From positions 11,715 through 75,714 of the forward strand of contig DFQC01000005.1 of assembly GCA_002377585.1 (NCBI GenBank): 64,000 nucleotides of DNA, given 5' to 3'. Shown in pieces: positions 9,897-19,227 of the stretch. A program made the position numbers and the translations under genes. The notes under the pieces were generated by a model. That model saw only the letters and a program-made list of their open reading frames with translations, was not told the origin of the DNA and did not search any database. The number at the start of each line of letters is the position of its first letter. The first letter of the stretch is position 1. The stretch is from Anaerolineales bacterium UBA3499. Lineage in GTDB: Bacteria; Chloroflexota; Anaerolineae; Anaerolineales; UBA11657.

Positions 9897-10769
9897 TTAT
9901 AGCAAATCCTGTTGGTTTTTTTTATTTTGATTGATTGCAAATTCCATGAAGGAAGTTGGGGGTCTTTGTAACAAATTTCTCAACACATGCGAGCTGCCCC
10001 AAAAACCATATAAATCGTAATATGAAAACATCTTCATTAGAGATTCGAGCGAATAAGCACTCAAACCAACATCGTTTGCTTGAGTCTTCCATTCATCTAA
10101 ACTTATTTGTTGCACATATATAGAGCGGTTTATAGCTTCACTTAATATTGTAGCCTGCTCTTGATAGCTCAATACATCTGGACCACACAGCTCATATATT
10201 GCGCCAATATGATCTCGTTCGCAAAGTACAAGTGCAGCCGCATCAGCAACATCTTTCAAATCAACTGGGCTACCCTTAGATTCAGGTGAGTACGGTACGC
10301 GTATTATCCCCTGTTGCATAATGTTTCGCCATTCAGCTAGAATGTTCTGCATATATGCTGCAGGTTGCAGTATTGTATATGGTATACCAGAAGTAAAGAG
10401 GGCCTCTTCCACACGCATCTTTTGCCAGTGATGAGGCATTGCCTGAACCTGAGGATGTAAAACAGAATGAAACACAAATTGACTCAGATCAGAATTTTTA
10501 GCAGCTGATATCATTGCCAATCCAATACTAAGCTCATCGGGATGCATATTAGGACATATATGATATACAGCTCTGATACCCTCAAACAAATTACTAAGCA
10601 TAGACTCTACAGTCATATCTCCTACAACAATATCAATGTCATAAAGTGAAGACATTAATTCGCGCTGTGTTTCATTTCGAACTAATGTCCTAACATTCTG
10701 TCCATTAGCTAATAAAGCTCGAACGACCGCCTGACCCGTTTTACCTGCAGCACCGGTCACTAAAATCAT
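9897..10769 (-). CDS. NmrA-family NAD(P)-binding oxidoreductase
   Basis: 290-aa ORF; N-terminal Rossmann motif MILVTGAAGKTGQAV, NmrA-like length; 5 nt downstream of the aminotransferase gene. Confidence 0.7.
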   Translation of the reverse strand: MILVTGAAGKTGQAVVRALLANGQNVRTLVRNETQRELMSSLYDIDIVVGDMTVESMLSNLFEGIRAVYHICPNMHPDELSIGLAMISAAKNSDLSQFVFHSVLHPQVQAMPHHWQKMRVEEALFTSGIPYTILQPAAYMQNILAEWRNIMQQGIIRVPYSPESKGSPVDLKDVADAAALVLCERDHIGAIYELCGPDVLSYQEQATILSEAINRSIYVQQISLDEWKTQANDVGLSAYSLESLMKMFSYYDLYGFWGSSHVLRNLLQRPPTSFMEFAINQNKKNQQDLL

Positions 10770-10774
10770 AAAAT

Positions 10775-12076
10775 CTAAAACTCCTCCTGCACTTTAGCAA
10801 ACGCATGATCCAAAATTACAAGAGCCTCTTCTACGTGCTCATTAGTAGCAGTAAGAGGAGGTGAAATACGCAGTACATTACTGTAAAGACCCCCTTTACC
10901 TATTAACAATCCGTACATTCGGGTATGTTCAAAAATCTTGGCCACAGCATCTGGTGCCGGCTCTTTAGTTTTACGATCTTTCACTAGTTCTATCCCTTGC
11001 ATCAAACCTTTCCCACGCACATCTCCTATAAGAGGATACTTTTCCCAAAGTCGATCTAATCCTGATTGTAGACGTGAGCCCACATCCTTAACGTGGTTTG
11101 GATTAGCCTCTGTTTCCATAACCTCTATAGTTCCTAGAGAGGCAGCACATGACACAGGATTACCACCAAATGTGCTAATAGTCATTCCTTTGCCAACTAG
11201 CTCGGCTGCAATCTCAAGAGTTGTAATTGTATTACCCATGGGCATCCCACCAGCTATGCCCTTTGCCATAGTCATTATGTCTGGTTCCACACCCCAATGT
11301 TCAATACCAAACCAATGTTGTCCGGTACGTCCAAATCCAGTCTGCACCTCATCACATATAAATAAACCACCATAGTGTTTAACTATTTCTGACGCTATTT
11401 TAAAATACTCCTTAGGAGGAGTTATAAACCCACCGACACCTTGTATTGGTTCCACCATAAAACCTGCTATACGCCCCGAAGTGGTCGTCTTTATTAAATC
11501 TTCTATATCTTCCGCACATGCAACTCCACACTCGGGATAGGTCATCTTTAATGGGCATCGGTAGCAGTATGGACTTATAGCATGGTTTATTCCAGGTATC
11601 TGGCTGGGTCCTACCCGCCACTCAGATTGCCCTATAAGTCCCATAGCCAAAGCAGATCTTCCACTATATCCATGTCGCAATGCAATTATTTCCTGCTCAC
11701 CAGTATAGGCTTTCGCTAACATAATGGCGGTTTCATTAGCTTCCGTCCCTGAATTGGTAAAAAATGAGGTTTGTAATTCTCCAGGTGCAATAGATGCGAT
11801 TTTCTCTGCCAAAGTTACATGATTTTCATGCGGATAAAGTGTAGAAGTGTGAACTAGCTTTCTAATTTGCTCACGCATTTTTTCAACAACCAATGGATGA
11901 TTGTGACCGACACTGTTGGTAAGAATACCTGCAAAAAAATCAAGGTACTTATTGCCTTCTACGTCCCAAACATATAATCCATCACCATAATCCAATGGTA
12001 AAGGATCAGTATAATAGAGTAAGTGGTTAGGCCACAAATATTCTTCCTGTTTTGCAAGAATCTCGTTTTTTTTCAT
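10775..12076 (-). CDS. Class III PLP-dependent aminotransferase (omega-amino acid / beta-alanine-type)
   Basis: 433-aa ORF; class-III features (FTNSGTEANE, DEVQTGFGRTG, PLP-lysine context MTMAKGIAGG). Confidence 0.8.
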   Translation of the reverse strand: MKKNEILAKQEEYLWPNHLLYYTDPLPLDYGDGLYVWDVEGNKYLDFFAGILTNSVGHNHPLVVEKMREQIRKLVHTSTLYPHENHVTLAEKIASIAPGELQTSFFTNSGTEANETAIMLAKAYTGEQEIIALRHGYSGRSALAMGLIGQSEWRVGPSQIPGINHAISPYCYRCPLKMTYPECGVACAEDIEDLIKTTTSGRIAGFMVEPIQGVGGFITPPKEYFKIASEIVKHYGGLFICDEVQTGFGRTGQHWFGIEHWGVEPDIMTMAKGIAGGMPMGNTITTLEIAAELVGKGMTISTFGGNPVSCAASLGTIEVMETEANPNHVKDVGSRLQSGLDRLWEKYPLIGDVRGKGLMQGIELVKDRKTKEPAPDAVAKIFEHTRMYGLLIGKGGLYSNVLRISPPLTATNEHVEEALVILDHAFAKVQEEF

Positions 12077-12186
12077 TGTAATCCTCCACGCACCACAATT
12101 ATGTTGGAAAACCGACGAAATATATCTACTTTTGAAAGCATTATCGAGTATTCAACATGACCATCTACATCCTAACAGTTGCCTCA

Positions 12187-13032
12187 TCAGGAAGCTACTA
12201 TACCATCATACATATCAGGACGTCGATCTCGATAGAATTGCCATGTATTACGTACATCCTGAATTAGATCCAAGTTCAATTCACGTACCACTAATTCATC
12301 AGCATCTTCACTCGCAACATCTCCCACAAATTGACCTTTGGGATCACAAAAATACGATTGACCATAATAATTATTTGTACCAAACTCAGCCTCTATACCT
12401 ACCCTATTTATTGTGCCAACAAAATATCCATTAGCTATAGCATGTGAGGTCTGTTCTATCTTCCACAAATGTTGTGAGAGTCCACGTGATGTAGCTGAGG
12501 GAATAAAAACTATCTCTGCTCCATTCAATCCCAACAGACGTGCTCCTTCGGGAAAATGTCGATCGTAGCAAATATAAACTCCTATTCTTCCGACTGAAGT
12601 TTCGAAAACTGGATAACCTGTATTGCCAGGACGAAAATAAAATTTTTCCCAAAATCCTGCCAAATGCGGCAAATGAGTCTTGCGATATTTACCTAAAAAG
12701 GTGCCATCAGAGTCAATTACTACACCAGTATTGTAATATATACCGGCATCATCCTTCTCATACAGTGGAACGATCAGCACTATTTTATGCTTGGCTGCAA
12801 TCTCCTGCATTAAAATTGTAGTAGGACCATCAGGCACCGGCTCTGACCACGAATAATGAACTGCATCCTGCACCTGACAAAAATATGGACTATAAAAAAG
12901 TTCTTGGAAACACATTACTTCAGCACCTTGCAAAGCTGCTTGTTCCACATAGTTCACATGTTTATCAATCATTGTTTGTTTATCGCCAGTATAAGCACAC
13001 TGCAACAGGGCACTTCGCACGATCCTAGTCAT
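12187..13032 (-). CDS. Carbon-nitrogen hydrolase, beta-ureidopropionase (N-carbamoyl-beta-alanine amidohydrolase)-like
   Basis: 281-aa ORF; nitrilase-superfamily E-K-C triad contexts (CFQELF, YRKTHLP, VYICYDRHFPE); by-eye similarity to the core of animal/bacterial beta-alanine synthase. Confidence 0.7.
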   Translation of the reverse strand: MTRIVRSALLQCAYTGDKQTMIDKHVNYVEQAALQGAEVMCFQELFYSPYFCQVQDAVHYSWSEPVPDGPTTILMQEIAAKHKIVLIVPLYEKDDAGIYYNTGVVIDSDGTFLGKYRKTHLPHLAGFWEKFYFRPGNTGYPVFETSVGRIGVYICYDRHFPEGARLLGLNGAEIVFIPSATSRGLSQHLWKIEQTSHAIANGYFVGTINRVGIEAEFGTNNYYGQSYFCDPKGQFVGDVASEDADELVVRELNLDLIQDVRNTWQFYRDRRPDMYDGIVAS

Positions 13033-13115
13033 ATAATGTCTCCATATCTTGTTAATACATTGTTGTAAGGTTGATAACCATTGAGCAAGAGTTTAGTACA
13101 TATTGATAGCAATTA

Positions 13116-13154
13116 CCAAAAAGAGGGTGCAATGTTATTACACATTGCACCCTC
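13116..13154 (-). terminator. Rho-independent terminator after the permease gene
   Basis: Perfect 13-bp inverted repeat GAGGGTGCAATGT / ACATTGCACCCTC (13123-13135 / 13142-13154), 6-nt loop. On the minus strand it is followed by TTTTTGG (plus-strand CCAAAAA at 13116-13122). Confidence 0.65.
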
Positions 13155-13203
13155 ATACTCTCTAATAAATTGTCCTATATGTCAGCAATTAATACATTTG
13201 CTA

Positions 13204-14565
13204 TTAGGATTCTGTTGACGGTTTAAATATCAGAAAGATGGCGTTCATGAAAATACCCATTACTGCAGCTGTAGCAATAGCGGGAAGACCATTAGGAAAT
13301 ACACCTTGCAAGAACGAAATTGGTAAAAAGCCGCCTTCAAAACCAATGTTACCTCCAATACCAACTACCATAATCACGGCACCCACTGCTAGATTGCGAG
13401 GCACAAACATGTTGACTTTGTGTTCTTGCATCAAAGCAATTCCTTGCATACCAACCACACCGAACAAGTATATTGCCAATCCGCCGGTCACTGCTATCGG
13501 CACTGATTGTACTAAACCTGATAGCTTTCCTATAAACCCTAGCAATACTGCTATGACGCCGGCTGAAATCAATGCTGGTCCTGAGTAGTTCCGTGTAATT
13601 GCCATGAGTGAATTATTCTCACCGTAGTTTGTACCAGCTGTAGCACCAGTTAAACCCTTCAAGAAATCGTCAATTCCATCGAGTATAAGATTGAAACCAA
13701 CATACTCAGCCAAATTTGATTTCTCTCTGCCTGCCTCTTCTGCAGTGCGGTCAACATAAAGTCCTATCTGATATAGATGAGCCGTAGATTCAGGTATGGT
13801 TGCAATAGCCATAATTGCGATACTGAAAATTGCAGTACTTACCATAGCACCACTAAAAACCGGAAAAGTGAAGTGTGGAATTTGGAACCATGCTGCGGCA
13901 CCGACCGCACCCATATTAAGGGAACCTGGATCGATAACAGAAGATATCAGACAACCACCAACTGCTCCAAGAAGCACTGGCAACATTCCTATAAATCCCT
14001 TGCCTTGCAGATATACTGAGAACAACACAGTAACCAACAAAGTAGACAATGCTACTCCCCAGTTAGCCCCAGCCATATCAAGAGCAGCAAATGCCAGACC
14101 GAAGCCTATAATGGCTGCAACTGAGCCTGTAACCACCGGGGGCAAAACTTGGTCAAGTTTCGCTTTACCTACAGACCTAATAATCATACCTATGATTATG
14201 TTCAGGACTCCAGTTACAACGATACCTGCCTGCATTGTGCTGATGACATTATCAGGTACGGGCACACCAAACTCAGGAAGACCACCCGTCATTTGGGTAA
14301 CAATTGCTAGATATGCAGCTATGTAACTGAAACTTGATCCATAAAACAAAGGTATAAAAGTACCTAGCCTCCACTTAGACAGTGTCAGCGCAACAACTGT
14401 ACCGACACCAGAAACCACTAAAACAGTACCTACATGGAATCCTGTAAGCGCTGCGACAAAAATTGTCGCAGGAAACATAGTCAACACGTGCTGGAAACCA
14501 AGCAAAACTAACTCGCCAAACGGAGGAACATCGTTTGGAAGATATGTCTTGACAGAATTTGTCAT
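13204..14565 (-). CDS. NCS2/NAT-family nucleobase permease, uracil (UraA/PyrP)-type
   Basis: 453-aa polytopic ORF; NAT signature region TNYGENNSLMAITRNYS closely resembles UraA YGENIGVMAIT (Glu rather than the Gln of xanthine/urate carriers). Confidence 0.85.
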   Translation of the reverse strand: MTNSVKTYLPNDVPPFGELVLLGFQHVLTMFPATIFVAALTGFHVGTVLVVSGVGTVVALTLSKWRLGTFIPLFYGSSFSYIAAYLAIVTQMTGGLPEFGVPVPDNVISTMQAGIVVTGVLNIIIGMIIRSVGKAKLDQVLPPVVTGSVAAIIGFGLAFAALDMAGANWGVALSTLLVTVLFSVYLQGKGFIGMLPVLLGAVGGCLISSVIDPGSLNMGAVGAAAWFQIPHFTFPVFSGAMVSTAIFSIAIMAIATIPESTAHLYQIGLYVDRTAEEAGREKSNLAEYVGFNLILDGIDDFLKGLTGATAGTNYGENNSLMAITRNYSGPALISAGVIAVLLGFIGKLSGLVQSVPIAVTGGLAIYLFGVVGMQGIALMQEHKVNMFVPRNLAVGAVIMVVGIGGNIGFEGGFLPISFLQGVFPNGLPAIATAAVMGIFMNAIFLIFKPSTES

Positions 14566-14747
14566 GATTTGTCTCCTTATTAGATTAAAAACACTATGAA
14601 CTGGCCATTAATTAGAAAACTTATTAATAACTATTAAGTAAACACCACTGCCAAGCAAAAGTTGCGGAGCCCGTAATCTTACTCAATACTTAGTCGATGA
14701 TATTTCGAGGGATCAAACCTTACAATGTTCGCTAGAAAAGTAGGTTG

Positions 14748-15974
14748 CTAGTATACAAGCTCACCACTTTCTGCAATTATACGACCATGATTAATCACAT
14801 ATTTAGGTGCACGATGAAATCTTAGAGATTCGATTGTAGTAGGAACATCCAGCACAACCAATGAAGCTGCAGAACCCACTTCTAGTTTGTGTGTCGCCAA
14901 ACCCATAGCTTTGGCAGCGCTGGAAGTAATCATGTCATACAAACAATCCATATCCTCTTTCGTAGTCATCCACAACAAATGAGATGCTAAAAATGCCACT
15001 TCTAACATATTGTTCTGACCATATGGATAATATGCATCGCTAATATCATCTTGCCCCAGACACACTAACACTTCTTTTTCAAGCAGATCCTTAACACGAA
15101 CATGCAAAGGGCCAGTATGTGGATCAGTTACTATACCAATACTATTGTCTTTTAAGAGTCTAACCAAATCACTATGGTAACTATCTGGATAAAGTGCCAT
15201 AGCTCTAGCATGATGTGCTAAAACACGACCTTCCCAACCAACCTTCTTCGTAGTCATAGCTAACATTTCCAATGTGCGTAATTTCGCATCACCAACATCG
15301 TCGACCAACATACTAATTGGAGCATCGAATTGAGTTGCAATAGAAAACATTGCATCTATATGACTCTGGGCATCGGAGTCACTATGTTCAATCCAGGGAA
15401 TGCCACCAACCACGTCTGCTCCCATTGACATGGCCTCACGAACCAATATGTCAGCACCTGGCTCCTTGACAACTCCATCTTGCGGAAATGCCACCACCTG
15501 AATGTCAACAATATTGCGAAATTCCTCTCTCAACTCAAGTAGAGCAAATACACCTTCTAGTTTGGCCTTATTATCAACATCCGCAAATGCGCGAATGTGG
15601 GTATTACCATGTATCGCAGCCCAACGTAGAGCAATCCGTACATTTTCAATAATCCAAGATCTATCATATTGTGTTTTTACTCTTGAAGCCAGCTCGATAG
15701 CTGTAGCTGCTGCTGCCATTTGATTCTGATGGTATTTTTCAAGTGCCAATTCATCCAATCGATCCAATGTGAATACCTTGTCTAAGTGAAGATGTGGATT
15801 CACGAAAGACTCGGTTACAAGATTGCTTTCAGCATCAAGTTCAACTTCGGCTACAGGAACATCATTTTTTGATATTGCTGCAATTTTCCCATTTGTTACA
15901 CCAATATGGTACACACTATCTGGTTTACGTCTTAAACGGGCATTTTTTATAGCTAGATCAAATTTAGTACTCAT
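14748..15974 (-). CDS. Metal-dependent amidohydrolase, cytosine deaminase (CodA)/AtzC-like
   Basis: 408-aa ORF; HxH motif in CodA-like context (ESFVNPHLHLDKVFT), amidohydrolase barrel length. Confidence 0.7.
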   Translation of the reverse strand: MSTKFDLAIKNARLRRKPDSVYHIGVTNGKIAAISKNDVPVAEVELDAESNLVTESFVNPHLHLDKVFTLDRLDELALEKYHQNQMAAAATAIELASRVKTQYDRSWIIENVRIALRWAAIHGNTHIRAFADVDNKAKLEGVFALLELREEFRNIVDIQVVAFPQDGVVKEPGADILVREAMSMGADVVGGIPWIEHSDSDAQSHIDAMFSIATQFDAPISMLVDDVGDAKLRTLEMLAMTTKKVGWEGRVLAHHARAMALYPDSYHSDLVRLLKDNSIGIVTDPHTGPLHVRVKDLLEKEVLVCLGQDDISDAYYPYGQNNMLEVAFLASHLLWMTTKEDMDCLYDMITSSAAKAMGLATHKLEVGSAASLVVLDVPTTIESLRFHRAPKYVINHGRIIAESGELVY

Positions 15975-15986
15975 AATATAGGACTC

Positions 15987-16892
15987 CTAATTCAAACTTA
16001 TATGATCGCTCAAACAATCAATCGATAACAAAAAACCTGCCAAAGCATCAGCACCCGACGTATGTCCAAGTGACAAAATATCCATACATGCCCGGGTCAC
16101 ATCTGTAACATTTTCTTTGCATAGAACATCTACAAGCGCATGCCAGTGCTCGCAAGCGTGCCCATTAGCTGACTCTTGCAACATGGCTCCGGACAACATA
16201 GTCGTATGAGATGCAGCAGCAGCTGCAATTGTACGTGACCACCTTGCAGCATCCTTTTGATTAAATATAGACCACAATGCATACATAACACCCACTAAAA
16301 AATCGTCGCCTGCTGGCGTCAAACCAACGCCTAATCCTGCCATATTTGCAGCACTCACATATATTTTTTGTATGTTGCCGCTGACAATTCCTCGATACAA
16401 TTGTTGAGCAGCCTCAGCTACCTTGGTACATACGTACCCCACATTGTCCTTATTTGAACATAACATTGAGCTGAGGCTCTCATCCGAAGCGTTGTTCTGT
16501 ACAGTCAAATATAAATCACGAATATTTTTATTAAAACGATGTGGGCGATCCTTAGGGTAATCCCAATCTACGCGAGCAGACCATAGTGTAGCTTCACTAA
16601 AATCGATTGTCGTCGTATTGACAGTCAAACTATTTTTGCCAACAACAACAGGAGTACCAACAGATAACATTTTTTCTAAACTAAACGGCAATTCCTCAAG
16701 CACCATCGCAAACGGTCCGTTCCCGATTTTATTATGAACAACAGCAATAAATCTACCTTGTTCGTCTATCAAATTGCATACTCTCTCAAAACTTGAAAAT
16801 ACGTGAGCCTTGTTGTTGCTTGATAACCATTCTGCCGCTCCTGTAGAATACGACTGAGATAACAATTGCATTCTATTTCGCAGCTTCAACAA
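15987..16892 (-). CDS. DUF2877-family protein (E. coli YlbF/AllH-like)
   Basis: 301-aa ORF; motifs GLGVGLTPAGDDFLVG and LGHTSGADALAG that I associate with YlbF/DUF2877; co-operonic with FdrA and DUF1116 homologues. The ORF start overlaps the coxL 3' end; an alternative ATG lies at 16871. Confidence 0.55.
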   Translation of the reverse strand: MLKLRNRMQLLSQSYSTGAAEWLSSNNKAHVFSSFERVCNLIDEQGRFIAVVHNKIGNGPFAMVLEELPFSLEKMLSVGTPVVVGKNSLTVNTTTIDFSEATLWSARVDWDYPKDRPHRFNKNIRDLYLTVQNNASDESLSSMLCSNKDNVGYVCTKVAEAAQQLYRGIVSGNIQKIYVSAANMAGLGVGLTPAGDDFLVGVMYALWSIFNQKDAARWSRTIAAAAASHTTMLSGAMLQESANGHACEHWHALVDVLCKENVTDVTRACMDILSLGHTSGADALAGFLLSIDCLSDHISLN

Positions 16893-19212
16893 TTTCCCAA
16901 AGCATGCTAGGACTCAGTGGAATTTCTGTAATCTCTACTTCTGAATCGAACAATGCGTCTTCAATCGCTTGCGCAAAAAGTGCGCCTACGGGAATTGCCC
17001 CAGCTTCTCCTGCACCCTTGATTCCCATTGGATTTAACGGGGATGGGGTAGTAACATGATCTGATTCAATGTTCGGAACATCTAATGCAGTTGGAAGAAG
17101 ATAATCCATGAACGAAGCATTAAGCAATTGACCGCTTTCGTCAAACATTAATTTCTCGTAGAATGCATTACCTATACCTTGAGCAACCCCACCCTGAATC
17201 TGGCCTTCCAAAATCATAGGATTAATCACTTCTCCACAGTCATGAACTACCACATACTTCTTTATATCAACCAACATTGTTTCAGGATCGACTTCAACAA
17301 TCATGGCATGAATACCATTAGCAGTAGCGCCTCGTTCTGGACCAAAGTAATTGGTTGCCTCTAAACCTGGTTCAGTGCCCGGCTTAACAGCACCACGCAT
17401 GGGGTTGGCTCTTCTTGCTAGCTCTCCTAGACCTATACTCCTCTCGTGATCTGATTGTACCCTAGCTACTCCACCTACTAATTCCACTACCTCTTCCTCT
17501 GCCTCCAAAGCATCGACTGCCATCTTTAGTGCTTTAGCCCGAACATCACGCGCGGCTTCATTAAACGCATTTCCCGCAACCACAGCACCACGACTTGCAA
17601 ATGTCCCAGCGCCCCAATAAAACTGATCAGTATCACCAGTGACTATATCTACATCTGACACATCCACCCCTAGCTGGTCAGCAACTATTTGTGCAAAACT
17701 TGTCAAATGGCCTTGCCCTTGAGTGCCGACACCTGTCACCGCAGTCACTTTACCACTAGCTTGGACTTGTACTCGTGCTCCTTCATATGGCCCAATACCT
17801 GTGCCTTCCACATAAGCAACTATACCTAAACCCACATAACGTCCTTCAGATTGCAAAGCCGGCTGGGTTTCTTTGACAAATGTTTCATAATCTATCATGT
17901 CCAGCGCCTTCTTCATTGATGGATCATAGTTCCCACTATCATAAATTAATGGGGCAAAATCCTGGTAAATAATTTCATTGTTATATGGGAACTGATCAGG
18001 CTCAATAAAATTTCTGCGACGTATTTCTGCCCTGTCAATTCCCATTGTACGAGCAGCTATATCTAACAATCTTTCCATCACAAATACTCCATGCTGTCTG
18101 CCGGCACCTCGATATGGTGTGACAATTGGAAAATTAGTGAAAACAGCATCGAATTCGCTATAATAATTTGGGATATGATACGGACCTAGTAAAGTGCATT
18201 GACTGTTTATTGGAACAGTTAATCCGTAGGGCGCATATGCACCTGCATCATGTAAAAACTTATCCCATACTCCCAGAATGAGCCCACTTGAATCCATAGC
18301 TATTTCAGCTGTATGTATCTGACTCCGCTCCTGTGTAGTAGCGAAAAAATTTTCCGACCGATCTTCTATCCATTTAATCGGACGTCCTATTTTCATAGCA
18401 GCCCATGGTAATAACACTTCTTCCTGATAAAACATCATAATCTTGGGGCCAAATCCGCCACCTATAAAAGGAGCGATTACACGCACCTGATTCTCTGAAA
18501 GCTGGAGCATTTCTGCTAGACCATTACGAATAGGGATGGGAGCCTGAGTTGTATCCCAGATAGTCAGGCGCTGAGCTCGCCTATCCCAACTAGCCACAAT
18601 ACCACGGTTCTCCATAGCTGCGGCTGCACCATGATCATAAATAAACTCACGCTTTAAAACACATGCTGCTTCCTTTGCGGCCTCAAAATAATCACCTTTT
18701 GTCTGCACCACATGTGCACAAAGATTACTATCTAAGTCATCATGCACAAGTGCACAATCTGCTTCTAAAGCAGTGCTCAAATCTGCCACCACAGAAAGCG
18801 GATCATAATCGACGTATATATCCTGCAAGGCATCTTCAGCTATGTAACGATCTTCAGCTAACACCATTACTAGGGGTTCGCCTACAAACCTTACTTTTTC
18901 TTTTGCCAAGGGAACTTGTGTCCGTTGATTAAACACAATATCCTCTATAGGAGGAGGTGGTACTAATAAAGGTCCAGGCTGCCAGTAATCACCTAAATCT
19001 GCTGCAGTATACACGGCAACAACTCCTTCACGCTGTAATGCCTGTGAAACATCGATACTCACAATTCGCGCGTGAGCATAAGTGCTTCGCAAAAACGCTG
19101 CATGTAACATTTCCGGCAGCTGAACATCGTCTACAAATAACGCCTGACCAGTTAATAGTTGAGGATCTTCATTGCGTACAATAGGTTGTCCGAAAAACCG
19201 AGTAGAACCCAT
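16873..19212 (-). CDS. Molybdopterin-binding large subunit of a xanthine-dehydrogenase/CoxL-family hydroxylase (form-II-CoxL-like active-site loop)
   Basis: 779-aa ORF; GGGFGPK motif, active-site loop PYRGAGR (18097-18117), C-terminal KGAGEAG with conserved Glu. Confidence 0.85.
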   Translation of the reverse strand: MGSTRFFGQPIVRNEDPQLLTGQALFVDDVQLPEMLHAAFLRSTYAHARIVSIDVSQALQREGVVAVYTAADLGDYWQPGPLLVPPPPIEDIVFNQRTQVPLAKEKVRFVGEPLVMVLAEDRYIAEDALQDIYVDYDPLSVVADLSTALEADCALVHDDLDSNLCAHVVQTKGDYFEAAKEAACVLKREFIYDHGAAAAMENRGIVASWDRRAQRLTIWDTTQAPIPIRNGLAEMLQLSENQVRVIAPFIGGGFGPKIMMFYQEEVLLPWAAMKIGRPIKWIEDRSENFFATTQERSQIHTAEIAMDSSGLILGVWDKFLHDAGAYAPYGLTVPINSQCTLLGPYHIPNYYSEFDAVFTNFPIVTPYRGAGRQHGVFVMERLLDIAARTMGIDRAEIRRRNFIEPDQFPYNNEIIYQDFAPLIYDSGNYDPSMKKALDMIDYETFVKETQPALQSEGRYVGLGIVAYVEGTGIGPYEGARVQVQASGKVTAVTGVGTQGQGHLTSFAQIVADQLGVDVSDVDIVTGDTDQFYWGAGTFASRGAVVAGNAFNEAARDVRAKALKMAVDALEAEEEVVELVGGVARVQSDHERSIGLGELARRANPMRGAVKPGTEPGLEATNYFGPERGATANGIHAMIVEVDPETMLVDIKKYVVVHDCGEVINPMILEGQIQGGVAQGIGNAFYEKLMFDESGQLLNASFMDYLLPTALDVPNIESDHVTTPSPLNPMGIKGAGEAGAIPVGALFAQAIEDALFDSEVEITEIPLSPSMLWEIVEAAK

Positions 19213-19227
19213 CAGATTTACCTCTTG

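Noticed and set aside
10938-11375. 145-aa plus-strand ORF
   Set aside because: It is antisense to the class-III aminotransferase and has no recognisable motifs.
12132-12434. 100-aa plus-strand ORF overlapping the 3' end of the CN-hydrolase gene
   Set aside because: His/Leu/Gln-rich shadow frame overlapping a gene with an intact E-K-C triad.
13238-14326. Plus-strand ORFs of 116, 80 and 176 aa inside the permease gene
   Set aside because: They are antisense to a well-supported NCS2 permease and are Pro/Thr/Ala-rich shadow frames typical of the opposite strand of membrane protein genes.
14566-14747. Possible purine/pyrimidine-responsive riboswitch in the 182-nt leader of the nucleobase permease
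   Set aside because: The reverse-complemented leader lacks the purine-riboswitch core (no UAUAAU...CCGUAAA-like junction) and has no obvious terminator/antiterminator pair. It is left as a plain 5' UTR pending a covariance-model scan.
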